From NCBI RefSeq assembly GCF_020745735.1, contig NC_083409.1, forward strand, positions 19,736,341 through 19,800,340: a stretch of DNA of 64,000 nt, read 5' to 3'. This document shows positions 1 through 13,040 of this stretch, piece by piece. The DNA comes from Hemiscyllium ocellatum (lineage: Eukaryota). The notes under the pieces were generated by a model. The model was not told the origin of the DNA. It saw only the letters and a program-made list of their open reading frames with translations, and made no database searches. Positions within the stretch are counted from its first letter, which is position 1. Every line of letters starts with the position of its first letter. A program made the position numbers and the translations under genes.

Positions 1-764
1 ACCATGGCTTAAGAAGAGTATCACTCTTAGTGGAAGTGCAATGTAGACTTACTGAAGTGATACTTGGGCTCCGAGGCTTAATTTAAGAAGAGAGATTAAA
101 TAGATAACATGTTAGAGTCAGAACATTGAGGTGTAATATTGTGGAACACTTTTACACACAGAAATGGATGAAGTTTGAAACTCCCTTCCACAAACAGTGA
201 TTGATTTGAAATCAGTTACAAATTTTAAATCTGAGATTGGTAGATTTTTAACCAAAATGCTGAAGGATTGTGGGACAAAGACAGGGATTTGTCATGATGT
301 TGAAGATTACCATGATTTGGGTGAATGGTGGAATAGGCTCAAGAAGGTAAATAGCCACCTCCTGGCTAATGTTGATGTAACCATGACACCCTTATTCTCC
401 GTATGTGCAACTCCTATTCTGTTTTTGGTTATTTATCAGAACCTGGCAGCAAATTAGTAACTGGAGTCCTGACCAGAAAATTATCAGTATGAGGGACTTT
501 GCCAGTCTTAATGTGTTTCACAGATGATGAAATGAAACAGTTAGCATTTACTCATCCTGATAAATATTGGGATAGTTTGATGGGATCACTTGTGATGCAG
601 CATGATTGGCATATCTGATGATGCTCCAACTACTTTTAATTGTTGTTGTCGTCGTCTGCACCCAGTCCTGAGGTTTTGTGGATTACAGGACAAATTTTGC
701 TTGGGTCAGGGGAAGCAGATCACCTCACTCTGTACTGTTTGTCCTCCTGTCTTTCACTGTCCAG

Positions 765-952
765 CATGATTTCAGCATGTCCTTCTCGGGAGGTCAAGAC
801 AGTTTCTGTAAATTCACCATGGAGATGGTGCGACAATACGTGGAGGAGGAGGAGATACGTGCACAGCACCGGGTGTCCCTCCTCAAACTGAGAGAACAAG
901 CCATGAAGGAAAAGACCAAAGCAGAGCTGGCTTGGTTGGAACACCAGAAAAA
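765..952 (+). CDS. CEP350: CEP350-like gene, first exon visible in the window (internal exon; the gene starts upstream)
   Basis: Acceptor ctttcactgtccag| and donor |gtgagt (phase 2). Encodes HDFSMSFSGGQDSFCKFTMEMVRQYVEEEEIRAQHRVSLLKLREQAMKEKTKAELAWLEHQK, matching recalled human CEP350 FSGGQDSFSKFTMEMVRQYMKEEE...KEKTKAELAWLEHQKK. Orthologue versus paralogue (CCDC187-like) is unresolved. Confidence 0.93.
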
Positions 953-2469
953 GTGAGTAGCTGACCTATGCAGTGATGGTAAGCTGTATAGCCTTTCAAA
1001 AATGCAATGTAAAAATGTGCAGATCCTTCCAGTAATCCTTTCCGGAGAAGGGGGAAAGCTAGTGTCCTTTCTCATTGCAGTGAGGCTGTTGTGCAGAAGC
1101 TAGGTATTCACGTCATCTTTCCCCTTATCACTGTTTGGATTGAGTAGAATGAAGCCAATTTTGATTTTTTTTTCAAATTTTTAAGTTTTTTCTTTGAACT
1201 TGGGATGTTTGCGGTAATGCTGGTATTTATTTACTCTCCCTCATTCTCGAAATGGTCATGGTGTTGAGCTGCCTTGAGCCACTGCAGTCTGCTTAGTCAA
1301 TATAAACGTATCAACTCGCAAGTGCTATTAGGTTTGGAGTTCAAGGCTCTGGAATAGATTGTTGCAAGACTGTTGTCCTCACCCACAGGTCAGGATTTTA
1401 AACAAATAATTTCAATAGACTTCTTCACTGCTGGTAAGGCCAGTATTGTTGTCCATCCTTCATTGCACTTGGGAAGGTGATAGTGAGTCATTTCCTCAAA
1501 CATCTGCAGTTCACCTGCTACAGGTACAACCACAATGCTGACAGGAAAGGAGTACCTGGGATTTTGATCCTATAGCAGTGAAGGAATGATGTATTCCTAA
1601 GTCAGGACGATGTGTGGCTTGCAGAGGAGCTTACAAGTAATGGTGTTACCATGTTATCTACTGTCTGTGTCCTTTTAGATGGTAGAGGTCACAGGCTTTG
1701 AAGATGCTATTGAAGGAATTGAGTGAGTTTCTGCAGTGCATCATATAGTGCACAAAGCTCTCACTGTAGCAGGTTGCTACATCCTATTTGGTGTTATGCA
1801 TCTTGGGCATGTACTGGGGAGACAGAAAGTAAGTTACTTAGTGAAGAATTTTCAGCTTCCGACCTGCTTTTGTTGACCCAGTATTGTATAGCTGATCCAT
1901 TTTAGTTTCAGGTCGAGGGTAACTCTAATGTGATAATTGTGAGGGAAGCAGTGATGATAATACCACTTCATATCAAAACGATTGCAAGAGATGGTCAATG
2001 ATTGGTCAGTATGGTGTGCATGCAACCATGCTTCCGTAATACTGTAGTCACGTATGCCATATCAGTTGTGGGCAAAAGATTTCCTTCAAAGTCCGTCTGT
2101 GAATTATTTGGTTTTTTACGGCTGCTCAACATCTTTGTGGACATTTTTACTGACACCAACCTTTTATTTCCAGATTTTCTTTCAAAATATCCTTTTTAAT
2201 TTTGTGAGCATAAACACTGTCTTGTTGAAATAAAATTTCTTCAAATTGAGTATGACAAGAATGGAGGGGCATTACAGTTATAAAATATTAAGAAGACTTT
2301 GCTGCTAAACAAAATCTTAAACCCTGATCATTCTCTTTCTGGTTTAGTTGCTAATTCAGCAGTGGTGACACTGTGAGATCTATTTGGGCAGATTTATCCA
2401 AGTTTGTCTGTAAATTTGAGCATCATTATACCATTTGTCGGGAACTGTGGCTTACTAAAGAAGTTGAAT

Positions 2470-4370
2470 CTCTTGTCAAGAGGATGAAGAAAACTTATGT
2501 TAGGATGAGATGTAAAGCTCAGTCAGAGTGCTTGAGAGTTACGGGTTAGCCAGGAAAGACCAAAAGAGAGAGCTAAGAAGGGACATGAGAAATCACTGGC
2601 AGATAGGATCAAGGAAAACCATCAAGTTTTCTATAAATATATAAGGAAGAAAAGAATGATGAGAAAGATTAGGGCCAAACAAGGATAGTTGTGAGGTGTT
2701 GGGCATGGAGCCCGTGGAGATGGGGAAGCACTTAAAGAATATTTTTTGTTCATTTTTACACTGGAAAAAGACAGTGTTGTCAAGGAGAATACTGCGATGC
2801 AGGCTATTAGACTAGATGGGATTGAGGTTGACGAGGAGGAGTTAGCAATTCGAGGAAGTGTGAAAATAGATAAGTCCCCTGGGCCAGATGGGATTAATCC
2901 GAGGATTTTCTGAGAAGCCAGGGAGGAGATTGCAAAACCTTGACCTTTGATCTATATGTCGTCGTTGTCTACAGGAGCAGTGCTAGAAGACTAGAGGATA
3001 ACAAATGTTGTCCCCTTGTTTGAGAAGGGGAGTAAAAACAACCCTGTTATTATAGACGAGTGAGCCTCATTCGGTTCTGGGTAAGATGTTGGAAAAGGTT
3101 ATAAGAGGTAGGATTTATAATCATCAAGAAGGGAATATGTTGATTAGGGATAGTCAACTCATTTTTGTGAAGGGTAGGTCGTGTCTCACAAACCCTATTG
3201 AGTTCTTTTGAGAAAGTGACCAAACAGATGGATGAGGGTAAAGCAGTTGATGTGGTGTATATGGATTTCAGTAAGGCATTTGATAAATTTCCCACTGTAG
3301 GCTATTGCACAAAATACAGAGGCATGGGAGTGAGGGTGATTTAACTGTTTGGATCAGAAATTGGCTCGCTGAAAGAAGACAGAGTGTAGTAGCTAATGAG
3401 AAATGTTCATCCTGGAGTTCAATAACGGGTGATGTAACGCAAGGATCTATTTTGGGTGCACTGCTGTTTGTCATTTTTGACTCAGATGAGGGCATAGAAT
3501 GATGGGTGAGTAAATTTGCAGATGACAAGAAGGTCAGTGGAGTTGTGTATAGTGCTGAAGGGTGTTGCAGGTTACCGAAGGATATAGATAAGCTGCAGAG
3601 CTGAGCTGAGAAGTGGCAAATGGAGTTTAATGCAGAAAAGTATGAGGTGATTCAGTTAGGAAGGAGCAACAGGAATAAGGAATACTGGGCTAATGGTAAG
3701 ATTCTTGGTAGTGTAGATGAGCAGAGAGGTCTCGGTGTCCATGTATAGGTCCTTGAAAGTTGCCACCCAGCTTGATAGGGTTGTTCCGAAGGCATACGGT
3801 GTATTAGCTTTTATTGGTAGAGGGATTGAGTTTCAGAGCCACAAGGACATGTTGCAGCTGTACAAAACTCTGGTGTGGCCATACTTGGAGTATTGTGTAC
3901 AGTTCTAGTCACTGCATTATAGAAAGGATGTGGAAGCTTTAGAAAGGGTTCAGAGGAGATTTACAAGGATGTTACCTGGTATGGAGGGAAGGTCTTATGA
4001 GGAATGGCTGAGGGACTTACGGCTGTTTTCATTAGAGAGAAAAAGATTGAGAGGTGATTTAATTGTGACATATAAGATAATCAGAGGGTTAGATAGGGTG
4101 GACAGAGAGAGCCTTTTTTCCCAGATGGTGATGGCTAGCACAAGGGGACATAGCTTTAAATTGCAGGAGGATGAGCAGATGTTAGAGGTAATTTCTTTAG
4201 TCAGAGTGGTAGTGGTGTGGAACACACTGCCTGCAACAGTAGTGGACTCATCAACTTTCAGGGCATTTACATGCTCATTGGATAAACATATGGATGAAAA
4301 TGGAATAGTGGAGGATAGATGGGCTTCAAATTGGTTCTACAGGTCAGTGCAACATTGATGGCCAAAGTGC
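2470..4370 (+). mobile_element. CR1 LINE, 5'-truncated ORF2 (RT domain and 3' end), degenerate
   Basis: Motifs DVVYMDFSKAFDK (about 3250-3290), QGSILGALLF, SKFAD, and EALERVQRRFTRMLPG...LFSLERKRLRGDLI. Many stops. Lies in a CEP350-like intron. Confidence 0.92.
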
Positions 4371-4433
4371 CTGTAGTGTGCTGTAATGCTCTTTGTTCTA
4401 TGTTCATGTGACTTTGCCATGTCCTGTAACCAG

Positions 4434-4521
4434 ATGCCTTCGAGACAATGGAGAAGATGATAAGATGCCATCCATCCGTAGGAGGCAGCGTGGGCTTCTG
4501 CTCAGGCTGCAGCAGGAGCAG
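4434..4521 (+). CDS. CEP350: CEP350-like exon 2 in window
   Basis: aaccag|A TGC CTT CGA GAC...GAG CAG|gtatga, 88 nt, phase 2 to 0. CLRDNGEDDKMPSIRRRQRGLLLRLQQEQ vs human HLRDKGEDDKMPPLRKKQRGLLLRLQQEK. Confidence 0.93.
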
Positions 4522-5593
4522 GTATGACCCACTGAATGCCAGGGAAAATGTTCATACTTCATGAATGAGCATGCTTCCCCAAGGTTCCGATTTGATTTCA
4601 AACCTTTTATTAATGGTGATCCAGGTTTTCCTTGAAATGCCAATAACAAATGCTACTGAATGTAATGTATATGCTCGGCCTAGGGACAGATTTCCATGCC
4701 ATGGTGTTTCTGAATGCAGTTTTTCTACTGGCAATGCCCACGGCAGCACCCTGGGGCTGAAACATCTGGAGTGTTCTTCGGCCAGTAATTAATCTGCATT
4801 GTCTCTCCAGGCCAGCAGACATCTATCTTTGTTCTCCCCTTTTTTTGTTTGAAAACAAGTTGCTTTTCAAAGTTCAATTCTCAACTTCAGCTCACAGTTC
4901 CAAACCAAAAATGAGAAAAATATAGTGATGGTCTCAACAAGTTGCTGATTTTTGTTGGCAGAGGTGTTGCCAATCACGCAGTGTCAGGCAGTATCACACA
5001 GACTTGGAATGTTACGTTATTTGCTGTTGGACCCACTATAGATTTGTCAGATTCTGTACTCACTCAACCCAGGCAAACTTTCCAACTTGCCCAGCAGCAA
5101 GAACTAATACGCAATTCTCGTGAGTGGAAATCTGCCTATTCATCATCTTTCTCTTCTGCAAAGTACTTGGCAGCTGAGGACAGTTTTTCAGGTTTGAGAA
5201 CTCAGGTTAACTCACCACAGGCCAGGAAGCAACCTCCTGAAATAAAATCAGAAATGCTCACTCAAAGTTAGGCATCAGCTGTTGAAAAAGAACGTGAGTA
5301 ACTCTTTCATGATAATTTTCCACCTTGAGTACTTGACTGTTTGAGTTCGTGTTGACAATACATTTTGTCGAAAAAACCCACAAAGTTTTCATCAAGAACA
5401 AGCATTATAAGTTGTAAAAGTTGCACAGTGCCACCTGGAAACTGTGCAACTTAGAACTTAATGGGTTATGGAGTTGCGTGCCCTGACTTCATTTTTGTCT
5501 GTAGTTTGTCGTCAAAATAAATTTATTGACGACGTAAAGACGGGTTTGGTTGGTCTCTAACATGGTAATACATTGTATACAATTTCACCACAG

Positions 5594-5740
5594 GCTGAAA
5601 TCAGGCATCTTCAAAAAGCCAACAAGGCTGCTCACAGGGAGAGGCAGCTGATCCTGAAACAGCAGGAGGAGATTCAACACATGCTCCAGTCCACCAGGGA
5701 AATTCAGGAGAGGCTCAAATCAGTTGGGGAGAGCAAGTTG
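5594..5740 (+). CDS. CEP350: CEP350-like exon 3 in window
   Basis: ccacag|GCT...TTG|gttagt, 147 nt, phase 0/0. AEIRHLQKANKAAHRERQLILKQQEEIQHMLQSTREIQERLKSVGESKL vs human AEIKRLQEANKAARKERQLILKQQEEI...LKSAGESKL. Confidence 0.93.
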
Positions 5741-6472
5741 GTTAGTATCCCACCATTTGCAAACATCTGAACTGATCAATTCAAGGTTACTATTAAAGTA
5801 AGGAATTACTTACTCTGCAGCATGAATGATGGGTGATCAATTTCAATCCAAACTTGCTATCGGCCAGGTTTCTAGTCTATATTATCATTACAATATAAAT
5901 TAAACTTTTAATATTTTACAGAAAAGATGTAAGAATGGTTTGTCTGCCACTGAGAAACATCAACTTAAGCCTCGGTACTTTTATTAAGTTGATAACATGT
6001 TCACATGTTCCCTTATGTAGAGGCCAAAACTCTGCAACCTAAAATACCAGGAATACCTGCTGCTGCCGAGAATACCATCCTTTGTATTCATCGATATCGT
6101 GTTTTGTTCTGCATTCCGTAGAAGTGACAGCACAAGAAATGGAGCTTTCAGCCCAATGTATCTGTGCTTCTGTTCTTTCCCTCCCTGCAATCTGGCTCCG
6201 ACCTGTTATCAGCATATCCTACAAAGGGGTCAAAACATTTTTGCACTTGATCATGTGCATAGGAATGGGACTAGGTTGTTGAGCCACTCATCTTTTAATT
6301 CAAAGCTCAATTAATTCAAAACTAATGAAACACTCTGCCTCCTGAAAGGAAATGATGTTGCTTAGTTGCAGAAACCTGTCTTTGAATCTCATCTGTGTTT
6401 CACTAATTCTGGAGCTGTTTCCATTTAGGAGCAAACGTAACTTTCCATGCGCCCATCTTGGTATATTCTCAG

Positions 6473-6660
6473 GTTCCAACTCGACAGGAGCAGCGGAATG
6501 CAAAACAACTAGAAGTGCAGAATGTTTCCAAAGTGAGCCCCACTTCCACTCTCCTGGAAACAGATACGGAGACGTGGAGTCCCTCCTCTGTTTCGAATTC
6601 AGGCAGCGAGACCAGCAACATCATGCAAAAACAGAAGATGCGCAGTCATGTGGATGAAAA
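6473..6660 (+). CDS. CEP350: CEP350-like exon 4 in window
   Basis: ttctcag|GTT...GAA AA|gtaata, 188 nt, phase 0 to 2. ...TDTETWSPSSVSNSGSETSNIMQKQKMRSHVDEK vs human TDLETRSPSPISISSSETSSIMQKLKKMRSRMDEK. Confidence 0.9.
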
Positions 6661-7217
6661 GTAATATCTCTTATGGCTTCTTATAAGGCATATTGCTGTG
6701 AAAGACTGGCAAGCCAACCAGCTCATTTGTCAGCTGGTGATGTTATGGAGAGGATGAGAAAGAGAGAGACCGAGTGGCTCTGAGCAGAGATAAATATATG
6801 AAGTCCATTTCACTGTGCTTTTCAAAGGCAGTGTGTTTGCTGCAAATGGTGTTTCTAATGATCCCACCTGAGGTGTTGTCATGTTTGACCCTGCGAGTGG
6901 GGCAGCAAAACATCAATATGGCCTCACTGCTACTGCTCTCCAAGTAGGGGAGCTTTTTTCTTACCCTCATCTTTTTTATTCACACCCATTGCCCTGGAGT
7001 AACAGTCTCAGAATGGGATTGCACTGTGAAAATTTTCACTCGTGCAAAGCTTGCTTTGCCTTTCAGTGGAGTGTGTTAGGAAACTGGAGGTACATGCAAA
7101 TGTTGCAGGAATTGTTTTTCCTGGTGGAATTATCAGCTTGACATCATTGTGTTAGCTTTTTTATCCTATGAAGACAATTGTGTACACTACAGAGGATATA
7201 AACAGGTCTTATTAGGG

Positions 7218-7530
7218 CAGCACCATGGCTCAATGGCAAGCACTGCTGCCTCACAGTGCCAGGAACCCGGGTTCGATTCTACCTTCAGGTGACTGTGTGG
7301 AGTTTGCACATTCTCCCAATGTCTGCATGGGTTTCCTCCCGCTGTCCACAAATATGCAGGTTAGGTGGATTGGCCATGCTAAATTGCCCATAGTGCCGAG
7401 CGATATGCAGGCGAGGTGAATTAGCCATGGGAAATGCAAAGTTACACTGATAGCTTAGGGGAGTGAGTTTGGGTGGGTTGCTGTGCGAGGGGTTATTATG
7501 GACTCAATGGGCTGAATGGCCTGTTTCCAC
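7218..7530 (+). mobile_element. tRNA-derived SINE (HE1/V-SINE type)
   Basis: Head GGCAGCACCATGGCTCAATGG...CCCGGGTTCGATTC, followed by the GGAGTTTGCACATTCTCCC core shared with other copies in the window. Confidence 0.85.
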
Positions 7531-10500
7531 ACTGAGGGATTCTATGATTTGTTCCAATCACTTCACATCAGTGTTACTGCTCCACTTGAGAATCCTGTCA
7601 CCCTTGCTCATCTATTACCCTGACCCTCTATTCCTTTCTCCCTCTAATCTTGTCTATCCTCCCCTTAAACACCCGTATCATATTTGATTCAACTGCTCCC
7701 TGTTCAGTCTTCATTGCTGTAATCCAATTCTGCAGAACTTCCATATCTCCCTGATGGATTTCTTGGTGAATACTTTGTGACCTCAAGGTAGCTCTTCCCT
7801 GTGAAAGGAAACATTCTGTCTGTATCCAGTCTGCTGAACCCTCTCACCATTTTAAAGACCTCTATTATGTCCCTGTTTGGCCTTCTTTCAGAGAAAAGAG
7901 ACATAGCCTGTCAACCCTTTCCTGAGATGTGAACCCACACATTCCTGTGACCAACCTTGTCAATCTTGTCTGTGTACCCACTTCAGTTTCTCCTTTTTCT
8001 ATTTATAGTATGATGATCAGCCTGCACACAGTATCCAAGTGTGGTTTCAGCAAGGTTTGATTCAGGTTTAGCATATTTAATAAATAATTAGATAGGGATG
8101 ATGTGCTAAACTACTGGTGTTTTTTTCTGATCTAATTGATTTCAATAAATGTGAGGTACTGCATTTTGGTAAGGCAAATCAGGGCAGGACTTAATGGGAA
8201 GGTCCTGGGCAGTGTTGCTGAACAAAGAGACCTTGGGGTGCAGGTTCCTAGTTCCTTGAAGACGGAGTTTCAGTCATGAAGAACTGTTTGGTGTGCTTGC
8301 ATTTATTGGTCAGTGCATTAAGTATAAGAGTTGGGATGTCATGTTATGGTTGTACAGGACATTGGTGAGGCCACTTTTGGAATAATGCATTCAGTGCTGG
8401 TGTGTTGTCAAACTTGAAAGGATTCAGAAAAGGTTTACAAGGATGTTGCGAGGGTTGAAGGTTTGAGCTATAGGGAGAGGCTGAAGGGTAACCTTAAAAG
8501 TTTATAAAATCGTGAGGGGCATGGATAGGGTAAATAGCCGTGATCTTTTTTTCCAGGATAGCGGAGTCAAAAACTAGAGACCATAGGTAAGAAAGGAAAA
8601 ATTTAAAAGTTACCTCAGGGGCAACTTTTTCACACATGTATGAAATGATGGTGAAGGCAACAATAATTACCACATTAAACAAACATCAGATGGGCTTGTA
8701 ATCTGTGGTTGGACTGTTCCGAAGGCAGTGCTTGAGACTCTCCCACTATCTAAGTCAGAAGGAGAAATGGAGCTGGGGTTGGTTTTGATGAGCTCTGTTG
8801 CCATTTGAAGTTAATGAATCCGAGCAGAAGGGGTTGTGTTGATGTAGAGGTGTAGGGAAGTTGGTTACAAATGTTTTGATTGAATATTTGTAATTTCTCC
8901 TTCATAATGTGAGGTTTTCTTGAGTATCTAAAGATAAAGCAATTTTGGGGAGATACTCAGCTGTTTTGTTTTTCTTGTTTTGCTCCTTTATTTTGTAAAC
9001 ATCGCTCTCCTGTCACTACTTCTTCTCTGGCTTTACGTCTCATCAGTGGGCTTCTCTCAGTGTCTGTTTTTCCATCCTACATCCCAAATTCCAGATGTAC
9101 ATCTACAACCAGCTGGTCAGGTACTGTGCAACCTCTGCTTCTCACTGATCGAGCATGCTCTGTTTCATCACATGCATGTGGATGATGTGGAGGGTCGGTG
9201 AGGGGTCAAGGGGAAAGGAATTTTGGCTTCACATAGATGCAGCAAGCTGCTAGTTGGCAATATACTGCAGACTTTATAATTAATCTGGAACGTGGTTTTA
9301 TAGGGGCATTACTGTGAAAGCAAGAAGTTGAAGTTACACAAACAATCTTGAGCTGCTCATGCTAACAGGGTACAATAAAGATTGACCTATTTAACGTTGA
9401 GTTGGACTTTTGCAAATAGTCTGGCAGAGTTAGCAGCCCACTAACCTTGATAAATGTAACTTTAAGAAATCTGAAATTTGAGTTGCAAGGTTGAATTTTC
9501 ATATGGCAGTGCCTCTTTAAGAGGGCAAATGTGTCTTTGGTGAACATTTGAGGTATTCTTATGGATATGAAAACTTAATTGGTATGTAACCGTCACAGTA
9601 GACATGAGTATCTCCAACTACATGCAGCTACATGTTGGCTGTACTACATTTCTGAATGAAATTCACCCAAAATTAGTGAAATTATTGAAAAGTATTGCAG
9701 AATTAGAAGTGTAAATTATGTTTGTTGTGTGAATGTTGTAATATTGGAAAGCTAATAGTAACTAGCACATTCTCCCAAGGTGAATTAACTACCACTGGAA
9801 CTTTGTAATAATTATGCTTGTGTAAAGCTTTAAAGAGGCTGTAACAAATAATTAGCTTTTTCTTTTGTGATCCAGATAAGCAATTAACATGTTTTAGAAG
9901 TAATTGTATATTTTTCCTGTTAGTAACATGAAAAGCAAGATAATAATAAGCCCCTTGAGCCTGTTCTGTCATTCATCTGATCATGATGATCCCACTTTCT
10001 CCCCATACCATTTGATCTCTTTAGCCCTAAGAACTATATCTAACCCTTGAAAATATTCAATGTTTTGTCCTGAAATACACTTTGTGGTAGAATATTTTGT
10101 TGGTTCAACACTATCTGGATGAAGAAATTTCTCCTTATCTCAGTTCTGAATAGCCTAACCTATATCCTTTAGACTATGACCACTGGTTCTGGCCTACCCC
10201 ACCATGAAGGCCAACATACCATTTGTCTTCACCACCTGCTGCACCTGCATGCTTACTCTCAGTGACTGGTGTACAAAGACACCCTTTGTTGTAACTCTCC
10301 CTTTCCTAATCTATTCAGATAATCTCGCTGTCTGTTTTTGCAACCAAAAATCTCACATTTATCAAAATTATCTTTCATCTGCCATGCATTTTCCTTATCA
10401 CTCAACTTACGTAAATCACACTTGAAGCATCTCTGCATCCTCCTCACAGTTTACCTTCCACCCAGCTTTGAGTCACCCACAAACTTAGAAATAGTAATAG

Positions 10501-10620
10501 TTCCCTCATTTAAATCATTCGTACATATTGTGAATAACTGGGTCTGAACCATTGATCCCTGTAGTACCTCACTGGTCACTGGCTGCCACTCAGAAAATGG
10601 CCTGTTTATTCCAGCTCTTT
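7530..10620. mobile_element. Several CR1 3' fragments (about 7530-8060 minus, 8130-8640 plus, 9940-10620 minus)
   Basis: Recurring CR1 3' motifs (LGVQV.SSLK, ER.QRRFTRMLP, VTSEVLQGS, SKFVGD). Boundaries approximate. Confidence 0.7.
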
Positions 10621-11402
10621 GTTTCCTGTGTGCCAACTAGCGCTCTGTCCATGCAAATACACTCCTCCTCCTCCCCACCCCACCCAGCACTTTGCTTCTT
10701 CAGTTCAGATGTTCAGCATCTGCAGTTCTTTGTTTTGTTACAAATCCTAAAAAATTGACTTGGGGAGTGAGAGGCAGCAACTGTGATTAACTAGGATAAA
10801 AATCGTCCACCGTGTCAAAAGAACACATAATTCTTTACACTTTACAAAACACTGTACTGTAAATAGGAAATGCAGTTGAGCTAAATACTAGAAGGCATAG
10901 CACCTGACTGGTCTCAAACCTTTTACCAAATTTTGAGGACCAGGCTATCAGAAATTTGTTTGCACGCTTCCTTTGAGATCACAGTCCACAAATGTCCCAG
11001 TGCTAATCCCTGGGCCGGGCCAGGTTACCAATTGCAGTGGGGTGGGGAAATCTGTGTCAGACTGAAGTTTTATTTAAGAGCAGCATTGCAGATTGAAGTT
11101 GTTGGTTTTGACTAATATTACGTCAGCAAACTTGGAGGAAATCCTTCTGAATGTGTTGATTAACTGCACTGAGCCTATTTACATGCAGTAGTGCTGCAAT
11201 GTTCTGGGATGTGTGAAGGGGCCAAGGAGACATTGCCCTGAATTTTGTTTGTGTTGTGAAACTATCACCCAAACAGTGTTGAATTTCAAAAGTAAGAATT
11301 ATACATTTTGAGCTGCAGGTTAATGTCCAATTTTAGAAATGAATATCAGCGCTAGCTGACACTTTCTTTCGCTCTCCCCCGTCCTGCTTGCATGTCCATC
11401 AG

Positions 11403-11599
11403 GTTTCTCACTAAACGGGAGCAGAAACTAATGCATCGGCGACGGCGTGCGGAGGAGCTGCTGGAGTGGAAGCGGCGGCTCGATGCCGAGGAAGCTGCGA
11501 TCCAGCAAATGGAAGAACAGGCTCAGGCTGCTTGGGACAAGCAGCTCAAAACAAACATGATAAAGAGAGAGGCAAGCAAGAAGATTCCCGAATTGAACG
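11403..11599 (+). CDS. CEP350: CEP350-like exon 5 in window
   Basis: catcag|G TTT CTC...AAC G|gtaatg, 197 nt, phase 2 to 1. FLTKREQKLMHRRRRAEELLEWKRRLDAEEAAIQQMEEQAQAAWDK vs human FLTKREQKLMQRRQHAEELLEWKRRLDAEEAEIRQMEKQALAAWDK. Confidence 0.93.
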
Positions 11600-12451
11600 G
11601 TAATGTTAGCCTCTGTTTCTTGTTTGTTTGTTTTTCTTCAAGACAGTAATGCATTTACTGTGGTTCTGACTGCTTTCAAGTGCACTTTGGTATGGCTGAT
11701 TGTCATGGCACGTGTGATGTGATATATTGATGTGTAAATGTCATCAGTCTGCATTAATGCAGAAGAAGCAAGGTGTAAACCTGGCCTTTTATTTTGCCTG
11801 TCTCATTCATTCAAGGAAATAACATTTCCCAAGCATTTGCCGTGATGCATTTAAACAGCATAGGTCAGATGTTGGAATTATCATCTTTCTCAATGGTACC
11901 TTGAAACGATAGCTCAGTGCAGTTTCCCACTCACCCTCTCGAGGGAGACTGAAGTTTCAGATTTTAATTCCTTTCACTGCTGGTGGTTGCGTATCACTTG
12001 CAGAGTTGAGAAGCAGCAAAAGTTGTAATCAGTGTGAGAGCTTGGATGTTGTTTATACAAGACTATGTGGTCACTTTGTTCACACGGAAAAATCTAATTT
12101 TCTTTGCAATATTGATAATTAATTTCATTCCTCACCATTAGCAGCAACATGAAACTATCTCCAGGACTGCACAGAATGTTGTATCGGAGTATTTTGACGA
12201 TGAGCAGATATGTCTGATATTATCTGAGTTGGCTCAAGGTGCTTTTCATCAGTGACCTGTGCATACTTAACTTTCTCTGGTTAACTGTTTCTAACCTACT
12301 CCCCTTATGATATTGTTACATGCATCTGAAGTAAAGAATATATTGAAAGGAGGATGAAGTTGTAAGACAGTCATACTGAATTGTGCATCTCACTTTAAGC
12401 ACTGTTAATCCATTGCTGTATAAATGTTCTAAGTATTGTTATTTTCTGTAG

Positions 12452-12654
12452 ACACAGGCAGTGAGGAAGAATGTCCTGTGCCACCTTGCTCCCAGCCCCA
12501 CGGGGACAGTTTAGTTCCTGAGGAAGTTAGAATTTCAACTGCTCAGTCACTGGAATCACCATCAGCAGCCCTTCGGATGACCACCAGTCCTGACCATCCT
12601 ATTTTCACGGATGGTGTTTATTCCCAGGATTTTGTCGCAACACACAGTAAAATG
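12452..12654 (+). CDS. CEP350: CEP350-like exon 6 in window
   Basis: ttctgtag|AC ACA...AAA ATG|gtaaaa, 203 nt, phase 1 to 0. SEEECPVP...VPEE...SPDHPIFTDGVYSQDF resembles human SEEESPVP...IPEE...SPDHSILTEEMICSQEL. Confidence 0.82.
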
Positions 12655-12769
12655 GTAAAAGATGTTTTGCATTGTCCTTTTTACAAAAACTGTTTCTAAT
12701 GAGTAAAGAATGTCATATAAGGCTGCAGAGAATAGCAAATCCTTGGCTTTGCTCAAAATCAGTCCCAGG

Positions 12770-13040
12770 GAAACAGGAAGTGGAGAGAATGGGAAACAGT
12801 GTGAGAGAGGGGGGTGGGAGATCTGAGGGAATGGAAGTTCTGAGAATGAATGGAAAATATAAGTGTGGGGGGAATGGGAATTCTGAGTGGGGTTGGGAAA
12901 CATGGGAGTGGGATGAAATGGAAATTCTGAGAGGGAATTTGAAACGGGAGTGGCAGAGAATGGGAATTCTGAGGGGGAATGAGAAATGTAATGTGGGAAA
13001 GAATAGGAATTTTGTGAAGGCATGGGAAATATGTGCGGGC
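12770..13040 (+). repeat. Purine-rich degenerate tandem repeat (GGGAAT/GAATTCTGAG units)
   Basis: Reiterated gggaatgggaattctgag-like units. They generate spurious low-complexity ORFs. Confidence 0.75.

Noticed and set aside
524-690. Possible upstream CEP350-like exon (cag|ATGATGAAATG..., TDDEMKQLAF vaguely like TEDEIEEQSF)
   Set aside because: There are stops in the matching frame, no convincing donor, and the similarity is too short to support.
4942-5294. 109-aa ORF followed by a GTGAGT donor-like site inside a CEP350-like intron
   Set aside because: No recognisable homology, a stop before the donor, and a phase incompatible with the flanking 0/0 junction.
5922-5974. Acceptor-like ttttacag and a possible micro-exon
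   Set aside because: No donor gives a frame-preserving exon, and exons 5740/6473 already join in frame.
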